A DNA stretch of 54,464 nucleotides from Dehalococcoidia bacterium (GCA_003599745.1 QZJL01000058.1:1-54464), one strand, 5' to 3'. Shown: positions 26,580 to 36,750, numbered from the stretch's first letter. A program made the numbers and translations. The notes: a model not told the origin generated them from the letters alone.

Positions 26580-27167
26580 ATGGATATTCGTGCGGCAAGC
26601 TTAAAAGCGTCTTTTCCACGTGTACTGCGGTACACCGACCTCCGCAGCTACCTTTTCACCATCGTTTTTGTGGCGGCGGGCGTGGCGGTGCCCTGGGGCT
26701 TCCACCGGTTCCACCTGGCAGGGGCGACCTTTTTGCCGATGCACCTCTTCGTGCTGGCGGCGGGGCTGGCCTTCGGCTGGCGGGCGGGGTTAGTCACCGG
26801 CCTACTGACACCCCTGGTGAGTTTTTCCGTTTCGGGAATGCCGCCACTGGCGATTTTGCCCCAGGTGATAGCGGAAATCGCCGCCTACGGTCTGATAGCA
26901 GGTTTACTCAGCGAGAAATATCATCTGGGAACGGTCAAGGCGCTGCTCGGGGGAATGGCCGGCGGGCGGCTGGCACTACTAGTTTTCCTGCTGGTCAGCT
27001 ATCTCATAAGCGGCCAGAGCCAGAGCCCGCTCGGGGCGGAGACCAGCCCTTTAGCTTCAGCATGGGCAACCGTCAGGCTGGGCTGGCCGGGAATTCTGCT
27101 TCAGCTAACTATCTTGCCGCTTGGCTTCTGGCTGGCCGGACGTTCAATCACCCGACGGGCGAAGTAG
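26580..27167 (+). CDS. polytopic membrane protein, ECF-transporter S-component-like
   Basis: Five to six TM helices. TATAAT at 26533. The family call is a weak recollection only. Confidence 0.5.
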   Translation: MDIRAASLKASFPRVLRYTDLRSYLFTIVFVAAGVAVPWGFHRFHLAGATFLPMHLFVLAAGLAFGWRAGLVTGLLTPLVSFSVSGMPPLAILPQVIAEIAAYGLIAGLLSEKYHLGTVKALLGGMAGGRLALLVFLLVSYLISGQSQSPLGAETSPLASAWATVRLGWPGILLQLTILPLGFWLAGRSITRRAK

Positions 27168-27168
27168 T

Positions 27169-27591
27169 ATGTACCCCCGCCTTTTCTATGACTTTCTCAC
27201 AAGTAACGACAGTTTGTGGGTCTACCGGGAAAAGGAGCTTATTTTCAGCTCGACCGAAGACCGGCTGGTGCCCCTGATGACCTATCTCGACCGCTTTGAT
27301 AATGAGGCAAACCCGGTCGTCTTCGATAAAATCGTGGGCAACGCCGCCGCCCTGCTCGCCGTCAAAGCCGGTTGCCGCGAGCTTTTCAGTCCCTTCGGCA
27401 GCCAGCACGCGGTGGCTACCCTCGAAAAATACGGCATCAGGCATCACCTGGGCGAGGTCGTGCCCGCCATCATGCAGCCCGGCGGCAAAGAAATGTGCCC
27501 GATGGAAAAGCTCTCGCTGGGCAAAGAGCCGGAGGCGTTTTACCTGCTGATGAAGGAGAGACTCTCGGCAAATAGGAGGCGGCTAAAATGA
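27169..27591 (+). CDS. DUF1893-like protein
   Basis: ATG 1 nt after the upstream stop. Contains ..VFDKIVGNAAALLAV.., which resembles the TM1506/DUF1893 family. Confidence 0.6.
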   Translation: MYPRLFYDFLTSNDSLWVYREKELIFSSTEDRLVPLMTYLDRFDNEANPVVFDKIVGNAAALLAVKAGCRELFSPFGSQHAVATLEKYGIRHHLGEVVPAIMQPGGKEMCPMEKLSLGKEPEAFYLLMKERLSANRRRLK

Positions 27592-28505
27592 AGAAAGCCT
27601 CAGTCACTCTCCTTATTTTGTTATTAGCTGGCATTCTGCTAGCGATAAGTTGCGGAAGAGCTACAAGTCAAATTGTCTTTTATTCCGGTGGTTATATGGA
27701 CGATGGGAAAATGTATTTAATAAACGCCGATGGCACTAACCAAACGCTTAACCTTAGTTACGATGGCTATTGGACCTACTGGGGCCCGACATTATCACCT
27801 GACGACACCAAGATTGCTTTTGGTTCAATGTCTAGTGGCGAACTTGATTCTCCGGTAGATATCTATGTTATGAACGCCGACGGTAGTAACCTTATAAAAC
27901 TTACAGATGGAGGAAATAATTTCTCACCGGCTTGGTCACCAGATGGGGCAAAGATTGCCTTCGTGTCTGGGCGTGATGACAACTTTGAAATATACATCAT
28001 GAATGCAGACGGGAGCAACCAGATAAGAATAACCGATATCGATGGTAGCAATAACTTAGAACCGGCCTGGTCACCAGATGGTGCACAGATTGCCTTTGTG
28101 TCCGAACGTGATGCCAATCCTGAGATATACATTATGAATGTCGATGGTAGTAATCGAATGAGACTAACGGATAACGACTGGTACGATTTTCATCCTGTAT
28201 GGTCACCCAACGGTAAGAAAATAGCCTTCGTATCCCAACGTGGCGGTCCAAACAAGGGTGGCAATAGGGGGATATACGTTGTGAATACTGACGGCAGCAA
28301 CGAAATAAGATTAACCGATACCGATGGCGGTGATATGGAACCAGCTTGGTCGCCTGATGGAAGCAAGATTGCCTTCACGCGCGGCGATAATGGCTATGCT
28401 CAAATATATGTAATGAATGCCAACGGTAGCAACCAGAAGAGGCTCACAAACAATAAGTTTGATGCAAGAAATCCTCAGTGGGTGTCTAAATCAATCGGGC
28501 GATGA
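27588..28505 (+). CDS. TolB-like PD40 beta-propeller repeat protein, probable lipoprotein
   Basis: Signal peptide with LLAISC lipobox. At least five repeats of SPAWSPDGxKIAFVSxRDxNxEIYIMNADGSNxxRLTD. AT-richer than the flanking genes. Confidence 0.85.
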   Translation: MKKASVTLLILLLAGILLAISCGRATSQIVFYSGGYMDDGKMYLINADGTNQTLNLSYDGYWTYWGPTLSPDDTKIAFGSMSSGELDSPVDIYVMNADGSNLIKLTDGGNNFSPAWSPDGAKIAFVSGRDDNFEIYIMNADGSNQIRITDIDGSNNLEPAWSPDGAQIAFVSERDANPEIYIMNVDGSNRMRLTDNDWYDFHPVWSPNGKKIAFVSQRGGPNKGGNRGIYVVNTDGSNEIRLTDTDGGDMEPAWSPDGSKIAFTRGDNGYAQIYVMNANGSNQKRLTNNKFDARNPQWVSKSIGR

Positions 28506-28508
28506 ATG

Positions 28509-30350
<1,842 letters not shown>

Positions 30351-30362
30351 AAGTTTACGAAC

Positions 30363-31751
30363 CTATTTCGAAATATCTTTGGCAAGCGCGTATAATGCCG
30401 CGAGCATGGCCTCGTCGTCTTCGGGCAGGACGGAGCGCGGGTCGAGCAGGAGGACGTCCTCGCTGATGCGCCCGATAACCGGGATGACCGGGGACTGGCG
30501 CAGCCGACGAGAAAGCGCCTGGGCGCTCTGCCCCCGCTTGTTGCCTGGGCCGACTGCCACCAGCCGGGTCTTGAGGGTCTCGCCGGGCAGACTGCCGCCG
30601 CCGATGGTGCTTTCGCCATCCTGTAACCTGGCAAGGCCGCCGAGCGCCTCCACCCAGCGCCTGGCGCGGCGACTAAGTTCTTCGGGAGAAGCCGAAATCA
30701 TGCGCCAGACGGGAATTTCTTGCGGTGCTTCTTCCCTGAGATAGTGAACCAGCGTGGCCGCCAGACCCGCGAGGCGCACTTTATCAATGCGCACCGCCCG
30801 TGCCAGCGGGTGCTTTTTCAGCCTGTCAACCGCAGCTTTCTTGCCCGCGATGATGCCCGCCTGCGGGCCACCGATGAGCTTGTCGCCGGAGAAAAAGGCG
30901 AGGTCGGCACCCAGCTTGATACTTGCCTGTACCGTCGGCTCGGGGGCAAGGCCGTAAGTCGCAGTATCCAGCAGGCAGCCGCTGCCCAGGTCGTCAAATA
31001 CCAGAATATTATGATTGCGGGCGATAGTTACTAACTCGGCCAGCGTCACCTCGCTGGTGAAGCCGGTCACCCGAAAGTTCGAGGTGTGGACGCGCAGCAG
31101 CGCCGCCGTGCGCTCGGTGATGGCCTGCTCGAAGTCGGCAATATAGGTGCGGTTGGTGGTGCCGACCTCGACCAGCTTCGCCCCGCTCTGGCGCATCACG
31201 TCGGGGATGCGGAAGCCGCCGCCAATCTCCACCGCCTGCCCCCTCGAAACGATGACCTCCTTGCGCGAGGCAAGGGCGCTAAGCCCCAGCAGTACCGCCG
31301 CCGCATTGTTATTCACTACCAGCGCCGCCTCGGCGCCGGTGAGACGGCAGACGAGCGGCTCGATAAAGACCTGGCGCTCACCGCGGCTGCCAGTACTCAG
31401 GTCGAACTCAAGGTTGGAAAAGCCGCGCGACACCGCCGCCATGGCGCTGATGGCGGCACGGCTTAAAGGCGCCCGCCCCAGATTGGTGTGCAGGATGACA
31501 CCGGTAGCGTTGATGACCGGTCTCAGGCCGGGCTGGACTAACGCCTCAACATGGACGGCTACCGCCCCGGCAATTTCATCGAGGGAAGGGACAGGCTTAC
31601 CTACGGCAATGCTGCGCCGGGCATCTTCGAGACGCTCTCTTGTGAGATTTAGCAGCAAATCGTGGGAGAAAGAGTTGCCAAGCTCTTTCAGACGTTCGCC
31701 GGCAAGCACGCGGTCAACGCTGGGCAGATTTCGCAATTCACCGCTGGGCAT
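30363..31751 (-). CDS. selA: L-seryl-tRNA(Sec) selenium transferase
   Basis: 462 aa. N-terminal LRNLPSVDRVL, then INATGVILHTNLGRAPL, and the PLP Lys context FSGDKLIGGPQAGI. Confidence 0.95.
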   Translation of the reverse strand: MPSGELRNLPSVDRVLAGERLKELGNSFSHDLLLNLTRERLEDARRSIAVGKPVPSLDEIAGAVAVHVEALVQPGLRPVINATGVILHTNLGRAPLSRAAISAMAAVSRGFSNLEFDLSTGSRGERQVFIEPLVCRLTGAEAALVVNNNAAAVLLGLSALASRKEVIVSRGQAVEIGGGFRIPDVMRQSGAKLVEVGTTNRTYIADFEQAITERTAALLRVHTSNFRVTGFTSEVTLAELVTIARNHNILVFDDLGSGCLLDTATYGLAPEPTVQASIKLGADLAFFSGDKLIGGPQAGIIAGKKAAVDRLKKHPLARAVRIDKVRLAGLAATLVHYLREEAPQEIPVWRMISASPEELSRRARRWVEALGGLARLQDGESTIGGGSLPGETLKTRLVAVGPGNKRGQSAQALSRRLRQSPVIPVIGRISEDVLLLDPRSVLPEDDEAMLAALYALAKDISK

Positions 31752-31816
31752 AAGGCTATTGTATCATGACACTGGCAAAGCTGTTTAGAGATTCGCAAAA
31801 TAGATACTGCTTAGTA

Positions 31817-31850
31817 TTGACAATTATACTATAGCATACTATAGTATAAT
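31817..31850 (+). promoter_or_regulatory. promoter-like region with 10-4-10 palindrome
   Basis: TTGACA at 31817. Palindrome TATACTATAG-CATA-CTATAGTATA at 31825..31848 overlaps TATAAT at 31845..31850. The -35/-10 spacing is non-ideal. Confidence 0.4.
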
Positions 31851-31883
31851 TCAGTGAATATTCATTAGCTAAGGAGTACAAGC

Positions 31884-32258
31884 ATGGACAATAATGAAAG
31901 GGCTGCGTTATTGATTAGGGTTGCCCAACAAATTAGAGATAGCGTGGATAAGCAAGCTATACTATCGTGGGCAGAAGAACTTATCTCTAAAACTTATGCG
32001 CCTGCGCAAAATACAAAACAACAAGAAATCACTTACCCTATTGATGTTTTTGCACGGTACAAAAACATCTTGTATCACGGAAAGTTGTTAAATGATGGGA
32101 AAATAGAACGGAACGGTGACTCGTTCAGCCCTTCAAAGGCAGCTATAAATATCACCCATAATTCCGTAAACGGCTGGAGATTCTGGCGTTACATGAACAA
32201 AAATGGTCAAGAACGAGCAATAGATACTTTGCGTACCTTTCGCTTAAATAGGAAATAA
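31884..32258 (+). CDS. orphan protein with C-terminal RAMA/DUF4357-like motif
   Basis: The AT-rich 124-aa ORF has an AAGGAG RBS. The C-terminal GDSFSPSKAAINITHNSVNGWRFWRY matches the F.SPS.AA......NGW..W signature of domains associated with restriction-modification enzymes. Confidence 0.55.
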   Translation: MDNNERAALLIRVAQQIRDSVDKQAILSWAEELISKTYAPAQNTKQQEITYPIDVFARYKNILYHGKLLNDGKIERNGDSFSPSKAAINITHNSVNGWRFWRYMNKNGQERAIDTLRTFRLNRK

Positions 32259-32286
32259 TCCAAGCTGGCTAATTCCAGCGCAATAG

Positions 32287-32583
32287 TTACTTCTTTATCT
32301 CCACCCGCAGGGTGTTAATCTGGCTCACCCCTTTGAGGCTGCTTGCCAGGCCGAAAAGCGTGTTGGTGATGACCCGGCTCACAAAAGGGTTGGTGGGCAC
32401 CGCCGCCCCGTTCACCTTCAGGTTGACGCCGGCGGGGGCGACCGAGAGGTCAACCGTATCGGGTGTGCCGGTTCCCTCAAGGGCTTCGAGAATGCCCCTC
32501 ACCACGTGGTCAACCAGGCTCTGGGCAAAATAATCGAGCGGGATAGCGGCGTCGTTAACCGTCAGGGCAACTTTCGTGGTCAT
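32287..32583 (-). CDS. hypothetical 98-aa protein downstream of tusA
   Basis: I trimmed the track ORF to the ATG at 32583, which is preceded by GAGGGAGG. Confidence 0.55.
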   Translation of the reverse strand: MTTKVALTVNDAAIPLDYFAQSLVDHVVRGILEALEGTGTPDTVDLSVAPAGVNLKVNGAAVPTNPFVSRVITNTLFGLASSLKGVSQINTLRVEIKK

Positions 32584-32623
32584 CTTGTCCTCCCTCGTTG
32601 CACGTTTTAATGTAATAATCAAG

Positions 32624-32680
32624 CCGTTCGTGGTGAGCCTGTCGAACCACGACGCCCTTCGACAAGCTCAGGGCGAACGG
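32624..32680. repeat. REP-like nested palindromic element
   Basis: Nested arms: CCGTTCG/CGAACGG, CGTGGT/ACCACG and GTCGAA/TTCGAC. The sequence family (..GTGAGCCTGTCGAACCAC..CTTCGACAAGCTCAGGGCGAACGG) is one I recall as a widespread intergenic repeat. Confidence 0.4.
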
Positions 32681-32715
32681 AATTGCAATGCTAATTGCCA
32701 CAGGTAAGTACCTGC

Positions 32716-32943
32716 TTACTTCTTCTTGACGTAGACCTTGTATTCGCCGCCGGACTCTTCAATCCCCAGACACTCGTTGCCGGTGGACTTGCACCATGCC
32801 GGCATATCCAGCTTGATGCCCTTGTCGTCGGCCACCACCTCAAGCACCTCGCCCGGCTTCATCTCCTTGATTTTCGCGGCGGTTTTGACGATGGGCATCG
32901 GGCAGTAGAGACCCACGCAATCAAGAGTTTTATCGGCATTCAT
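32716..32943 (-). CDS. tusA: TusA/SirA-family sulfurtransferase
   Basis: Contains LDCVGLYCPMPIVKTAAKIKEMKPGEVLEV, with the conserved CPxP motif. Confidence 0.88.
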   Translation of the reverse strand: MNADKTLDCVGLYCPMPIVKTAAKIKEMKPGEVLEVVADDKGIKLDMPAWCKSTGNECLGIEESGGEYKVYVKKK

Positions 32944-33042
32944 ATTATGGTAACCTCATCCCGACAATCCCTCTCAACTCTTAGAGGCTCCTTTTATAAT
33001 TTGATTAAGAGGCTCCGCGCCTCCTATGCTTGGTTCCTCAAG

Positions 33043-33540
33043 CTAAACGAACAGCACTACTTTTGAATCGCGCGCCTCGCTCAGGAAATAGGCTGCCCCC
33101 GCCAGGCTGGCAACCTCCGCCCGGAACGCCTTTTCCGGTACCCCCATCACCCCGCAGGAGGTGTTGCAGGCGATGAGCTTGACCCCCATCTGCTCGGCCA
33201 TCTTGATGAACTCCTCGACCGACGGCATATTGACGTCTTTCATCAGGCGTTTCATCATCCAGGTGCCCAGTCCCATCATGTTGAATTTGGACAGGGTCAG
33301 CCTTTTCGCACCGCCGCGGTTCATCCAGTTGAGCATCTTGCGCATCAGTCCCTTGCTGCCTATGCCGCCCTCGTTCTTCTTGATGACATTCAGTCCCCAG
33401 AAAGTGAAGAACATGGTGACGTCCATGCCCATTGAAGCGCCGGTGGTCGCCAGCATGAAAGCCGCCAGCGCTCGGTCGAGGTCGCCGCTGAAGACCACGA
33501 TGGTGAGCTTTTCCTTTTTTTCAGCTTCGGCTTCGGCCAT
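33043..33540 (-). CDS. DsrE/DsrF-like family protein
   Basis: Contains LTIVVFSGDLDRALAAFMLA and ..LIACNTSCGVMG. Adjacent to tusA. Confidence 0.8.
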   Translation of the reverse strand: MAEAEAEKKEKLTIVVFSGDLDRALAAFMLATTGASMGMDVTMFFTFWGLNVIKKNEGGIGSKGLMRKMLNWMNRGGAKRLTLSKFNMMGLGTWMMKRLMKDVNMPSVEEFIKMAEQMGVKLIACNTSCGVMGVPEKAFRAEVASLAGAAYFLSEARDSKVVLFV

Positions 33541-33550
33541 TCGTCACCTC

Positions 33551-34147
33551 CTAGCCCGCCGGTTTCAACTCCGCCCCGCAGTGGGGACACTGGGTGGCGT
33601 CGCGGGCGACCACCTCGCCGCACTTGGGGCAGAAAACCAGCTTCACGCCGCAGGCCTGGCAGAAGGGCAGGTCGGCCGCGCTAACTTCACCTTCGCAGAA
33701 TGGGCAGACGTGCAGCTCTCCCTCGTGCGAGGCAACAGCAGGCTTGGCGGCGACCGGGATGGCGACGCCCCTGGCCTGTTGCTTTGCCTGGTAGTCCTCG
33801 ATGGCCTTGTGCAGCGCCTGGGCGCCCAGGTTGGAGCAGTGGAACTTGTTCTTGGGCAGCCCTTCCAGCTCATCAGCCACCGACTTCGGGGTGATTTTCA
33901 GGGCTTCCTCGATGGTCTTGCCCATCGCCATTTCGCTCACCATCGAGGAAACGGCGATGGCCGCCCCGCAGCCGAAGGTTTTGAACTTGACATCTTCCAG
34001 ACGGTTATCCTTGACCTTGATGTAGAAGGTCATCATATCGCCGCAGACAGGGTTGCCTTCCTCGCCGACGCCGTCGGCGTCGGGAATCTCGCCCACGTTG
34101 CGCGGGTTGGTAAAGTGGTCCATCACTTTCTGGCTGTAGACCGGCAT
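33551..34147 (-). CDS. nifU: Fe-S cluster scaffold (IscU/NifU N-terminal domain) with C-terminal double zinc ribbon
   Basis: Contains NPVCGDMM..FKTFGCGAAIA..HCSNL (the three scaffold Cys residues), then a tail with CPFC..CQAC..CPKC..CPHC. Confidence 0.9.
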   Translation of the reverse strand: MPVYSQKVMDHFTNPRNVGEIPDADGVGEEGNPVCGDMMTFYIKVKDNRLEDVKFKTFGCGAAIAVSSMVSEMAMGKTIEEALKITPKSVADELEGLPKNKFHCSNLGAQALHKAIEDYQAKQQARGVAIPVAAKPAVASHEGELHVCPFCEGEVSAADLPFCQACGVKLVFCPKCGEVVARDATQCPHCGAELKPAG

Positions 34148-34151
34148 AACA

Positions 34152-35336
34152 CTAGCCTCCCTGTTTTACGAATTTGGCATAAAGCGGTGACATCTGCCGC
34201 AGGCGCTCGACGATGGGCGGCATCACCTCAAGGACGTAATCAACATCGGCATCGGTATTTTGAATTCCCAGGGTAAAGAGCACCGAACCCTGGGCAAGCT
34301 CGTGGGACAGCCCCATCGCCAAAAGCACGTGCGAGGCCTTGAGCGCCCGCGAGGTGCAGGATGAGCCGCTGGAGACGGCCACGCCCTGCATGTTGAGCAT
34401 CATCAGCATGGACTCGCCCTCGACAAACTGGACGCAGAAAGAGCAGTTGCCCGGCACCCGTTTTTCAGGGTGGCCGGTGACGACCACGTGCCCGACTTTT
34501 TCCGGCAGCTCCTTGAGCAGGCGGTCGCGCAGCTTGCTCACACGGGCAACCCTTTGCGATATGTCAGGCTGCGCCAGCTCCGCCGCCTTGCCCAGGCCGA
34601 CGATGGCCGGAACGTTCTCGGTACCCGCCCTTCTCCCGCCTTCCTGCACCCCGCCATCGAGCAGGGGCATGATTCTTACCCCCTGGCGCACCCATAGCGC
34701 ACCGACCCCTTTAGGCCCGTAGAACTGGTTGCCCGCCAGGCTCAGGGCGTCAACGCCCAGCTCTTTGACATTAACCGGGATGACGCCTGACGCCGCTACA
34801 GCATCGGTATGAAAGGGGATTTTATTTTCCTTGGTGATTTTGGCAATCTCGCCAATCGGCTCCAGGCTGCCGACCTCGCCGTTAGCCATCATCACCGAGA
34901 CAAGCACGGTATCTTTGCGGATAGCCTTGCGCACCTCTTCGGGGTCAACGATGCCCTGCCCGTCCACCGGCACGAGCGAGAGCTCAAAACCCAGCTTTTC
35001 CAGCGTCCGGGCGGAGTTGAGTACGGAAAAATGCTCGACGGCGGAGACGATGACATGTTTGCCTTTTTGCTGGTTGGCAAGCGCCAGCCCCTTGACAGCG
35101 GTGTTATTGCTCTCGGTGCCGCTGGAGGTAAAGATGATTTCCTCGGGGTTCGCCGCCCCGATTAGCGCGGCCACTTTTTCCCGCGCTCCGTCAACCGCTT
35201 CGCGGGCGGCGTCACCCCAGTCATGCAGGCAGGACGGGTTGCCAAAGGCATCGCCCAGATAAGGCAGCATCGCCTCGCGGACTTCGGGTAAAAGCGGTGT
35301 GGTCGCCCCGTTATCGAGATAAACCTGTCGTCCCAT
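34152..35336 (-). CDS. nifS: cysteine desulfurase (NifS/IscS type)
   Basis: I trimmed the 472-aa track ORF to the ATG at 35336 (MGRQVYLDNGATTP). Contains ..FHTDAV.. and the active-site loop SSGSSCTS. Confidence 0.93.
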   Translation of the reverse strand: MGRQVYLDNGATTPLLPEVREAMLPYLGDAFGNPSCLHDWGDAAREAVDGAREKVAALIGAANPEEIIFTSSGTESNNTAVKGLALANQQKGKHVIVSAVEHFSVLNSARTLEKLGFELSLVPVDGQGIVDPEEVRKAIRKDTVLVSVMMANGEVGSLEPIGEIAKITKENKIPFHTDAVAASGVIPVNVKELGVDALSLAGNQFYGPKGVGALWVRQGVRIMPLLDGGVQEGGRRAGTENVPAIVGLGKAAELAQPDISQRVARVSKLRDRLLKELPEKVGHVVVTGHPEKRVPGNCSFCVQFVEGESMLMMLNMQGVAVSSGSSCTSRALKASHVLLAMGLSHELAQGSVLFTLGIQNTDADVDYVLEVMPPIVERLRQMSPLYAKFVKQGG

Positions 35337-35373
35337 AGCTAATCCATCCTTGCGGCTCGTGTTTGGCTCAAAT

Positions 35374-35583
35374 TCAAGGGTAAAGCTGGTTGCCCTCGTC
35401 ATCCTCGACGATGATAGCCTGCTCGGGGCAACTGTCGGCGGCGTCGAGCAGCGTTTTCTCGTCCACCGAGGCCGGGTCAAGCACCACCGCCTTGTTTTCG
35501 GCGTCAAGGGCAAAGACGGTAGGGGCAAAAGCCACGCAGTTGCCAAGTCCCCGGCAGAGCTCGCGGTCAACCTTCACCCTCAT
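35374..35583 (-). CDS. small single-cluster ferredoxin
   Basis: Starts MRVKVDRELCRGLGNCV and has ...DSCPEQAI near the C-terminus. GGAGGT RBS. Confidence 0.8.
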   Translation of the reverse strand: MRVKVDRELCRGLGNCVAFAPTVFALDAENKAVVLDPASVDEKTLLDAADSCPEQAIIVEDDEGNQLYP

Positions 35584-35749
35584 ACGTTACCTCCGAGGCT
35601 GTTTCTAGCCTTATTCTATCATAAAACGCCCGCAACAATATGATATTTGTCGCAAAACGGCGAAAATACGGCGTACTGCCACAGGGCTGAGAACCCCGCC
35701 CAAAATGCCAGATGATGAGTACGGTCGGAGCAGAGGATAGAGTCGCAGC

Positions 35750-35989
35750 TTATTTGGCGAGCAGCTCTTCGAGCTTGGGCTGGTTGAAACCTACCACCAC
35801 CGCATCGTCAACGGTGATGACCGGTACGCCCATCTGGCCCGACTTCGTAATCATCTCCTTGGCTTTTTCCCGGTCAGCGGCCACGTCATACTCGGTGAAA
35901 ACGATGCCTTTGCGCGAAAGAAACTCTTTCGCCCGGTAGCAATGCGGTCAGGTATTTGTGGAGTAAATTACCACCTTTTTTTCAGCCAT
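35750..35989 (-). CDS. glutaredoxin-like selenoprotein (in-frame TGA = Sec at codon 14; not in ORF track)
   Basis: GGAGG RBS then ATG at 35989. Translation is MAEKKVVIYSTNT-U-PHCYRAKEFLSRKGIVFTEYDVAADREKAKEMITKSGQMGVPVITVDDAVVVGFNQPKLEELLAK with TAA at 35750. The TGA (35950..35948) sits exactly where Grx/NrdH proteins have the first Cys of CPxC. A hairpin lies 15 nt downstream, and selA/selB are 4 kb away. Confidence 0.8.
35914..35932 (-). promoter_or_regulatory. candidate bacterial SECIS hairpin
   Basis: On the mRNA: UGA, then 15 nt, then GCGAAAGA-GUU-UCUUUCGC (perfect 8-bp stem, G/U in the apical loop). An outer extension UUGC/GCAA is possible across a 6-nt bulge. Confidence 0.6.
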
Positions 35990-36066
35990 TTTCCGCCTCC
36001 TAAACTTAATCCGAAAAGCCTTATAAACCGGCTGAAACAGCCCGGTATCAGCCCTTGAATAAATTA

Positions 36067-36750
36067 TTAACCGGCCACTCCGAACTTGGGCCGGTTACGC
36101 GCCCGCCACTGCTCCAGGTAGCGCACCACATCATCATCGCTTAAATCAAACCAGTGACGGTAATAATCGGCGACGTAGAACCGGGGCGGGTTGACCGTGG
36201 CAACCGTGACCACCCGGTCGGCCACTTTTTCAAGTCGCCTGGCGGCGAGAGCCGAAGCCACCGGCGCCGCCGCCACGATGCTCCCCGGCCGCCGGGCGCG
36301 CACCGCTTCCACCGCCGCCGTCATGGTAACACCCGAGGCAAGACCGTCATCCACCACGATGACGGTGCGGTTACCCAGCCGGAGCGGCAGCCGGTCAACC
36401 TGGTAGAGCAGGCAACGTTTCTTGATTTCCGCCTTCACCTTGCTCGTCTCGTAATCAAGCTGTTCCTCGGTCAGCCCGACGTGCCTGACCGCCGCCTCGT
36501 TGAGATAGACCGTGCCGTCCTCGGCCACCGCCCCCAGCCCGCCTTCCGGGGCCAGGGGAATGGGAATTTTGCGGCAGACGGTCACCCCGAGTTCGGCACC
36601 GAGCGCCGCGGCAAGCTCCATACCCACCGGTACGCCGCCGTTGGGAATGGCCAGCACCACCACCCGCTTCCCCCGGTAGCCGGCAAATCCGGCGGCCAGC
36701 TTCCGCCCGGCATCGTGCCGGTCTTCGAAAAGGACTTCAGGGGTCACCAT
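36067..36750 (-). CDS. type I phosphoribosyltransferase family protein (COG1926-like)
   Basis: Contains VVLAIPNGGVPVG and the PRPP loop VIVVDDGLASGVTM. 227 aa. Confidence 0.85.
   Translation of the reverse strand: MVTPEVLFEDRHDAGRKLAAGFAGYRGKRVVVLAIPNGGVPVGMELAAALGAELGVTVCRKIPIPLAPEGGLGAVAEDGTVYLNEAAVRHVGLTEEQLDYETSKVKAEIKKRCLLYQVDRLPLRLGNRTVIVVDDGLASGVTMTAAVEAVRARRPGSIVAAAPVASALAARRLEKVADRVVTVATVNPPRFYVADYYRHWFDLSDDDVVRYLEQWRARNRPKFGVAG

Noticed and set aside
27860-28400. Periodic ~135-bp nucleotide repeats that could be mistaken for a repeat array or CRISPR
   Set aside because: They are in-frame PD40 blade repeats of a TolB-like protein. They are imperfect, have no spacer-repeat architecture, and no cas genes are present.
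33161-34276. 371-aa ORF on the plus strand
   Set aside because: It is antisense to the dsrE-like gene, nifU and the nifS 3' end, all of which have clear family motifs. It is an artefact.
35337-35570. N-terminal 78-aa extension of nifS in the ORF track (the track also extends ruvA, ruvC, rnhA, the rhomboid gene, the DUF4870 gene, the radical SAM gene and the GNAT gene)
   Set aside because: The extensions overlap upstream genes or RBS-bearing spacers. Family-typical N-termini begin at the internal starts (MGRQVYLDNGATTP, MKILGIDPG, MEKLKAVTIYTDG and so on).
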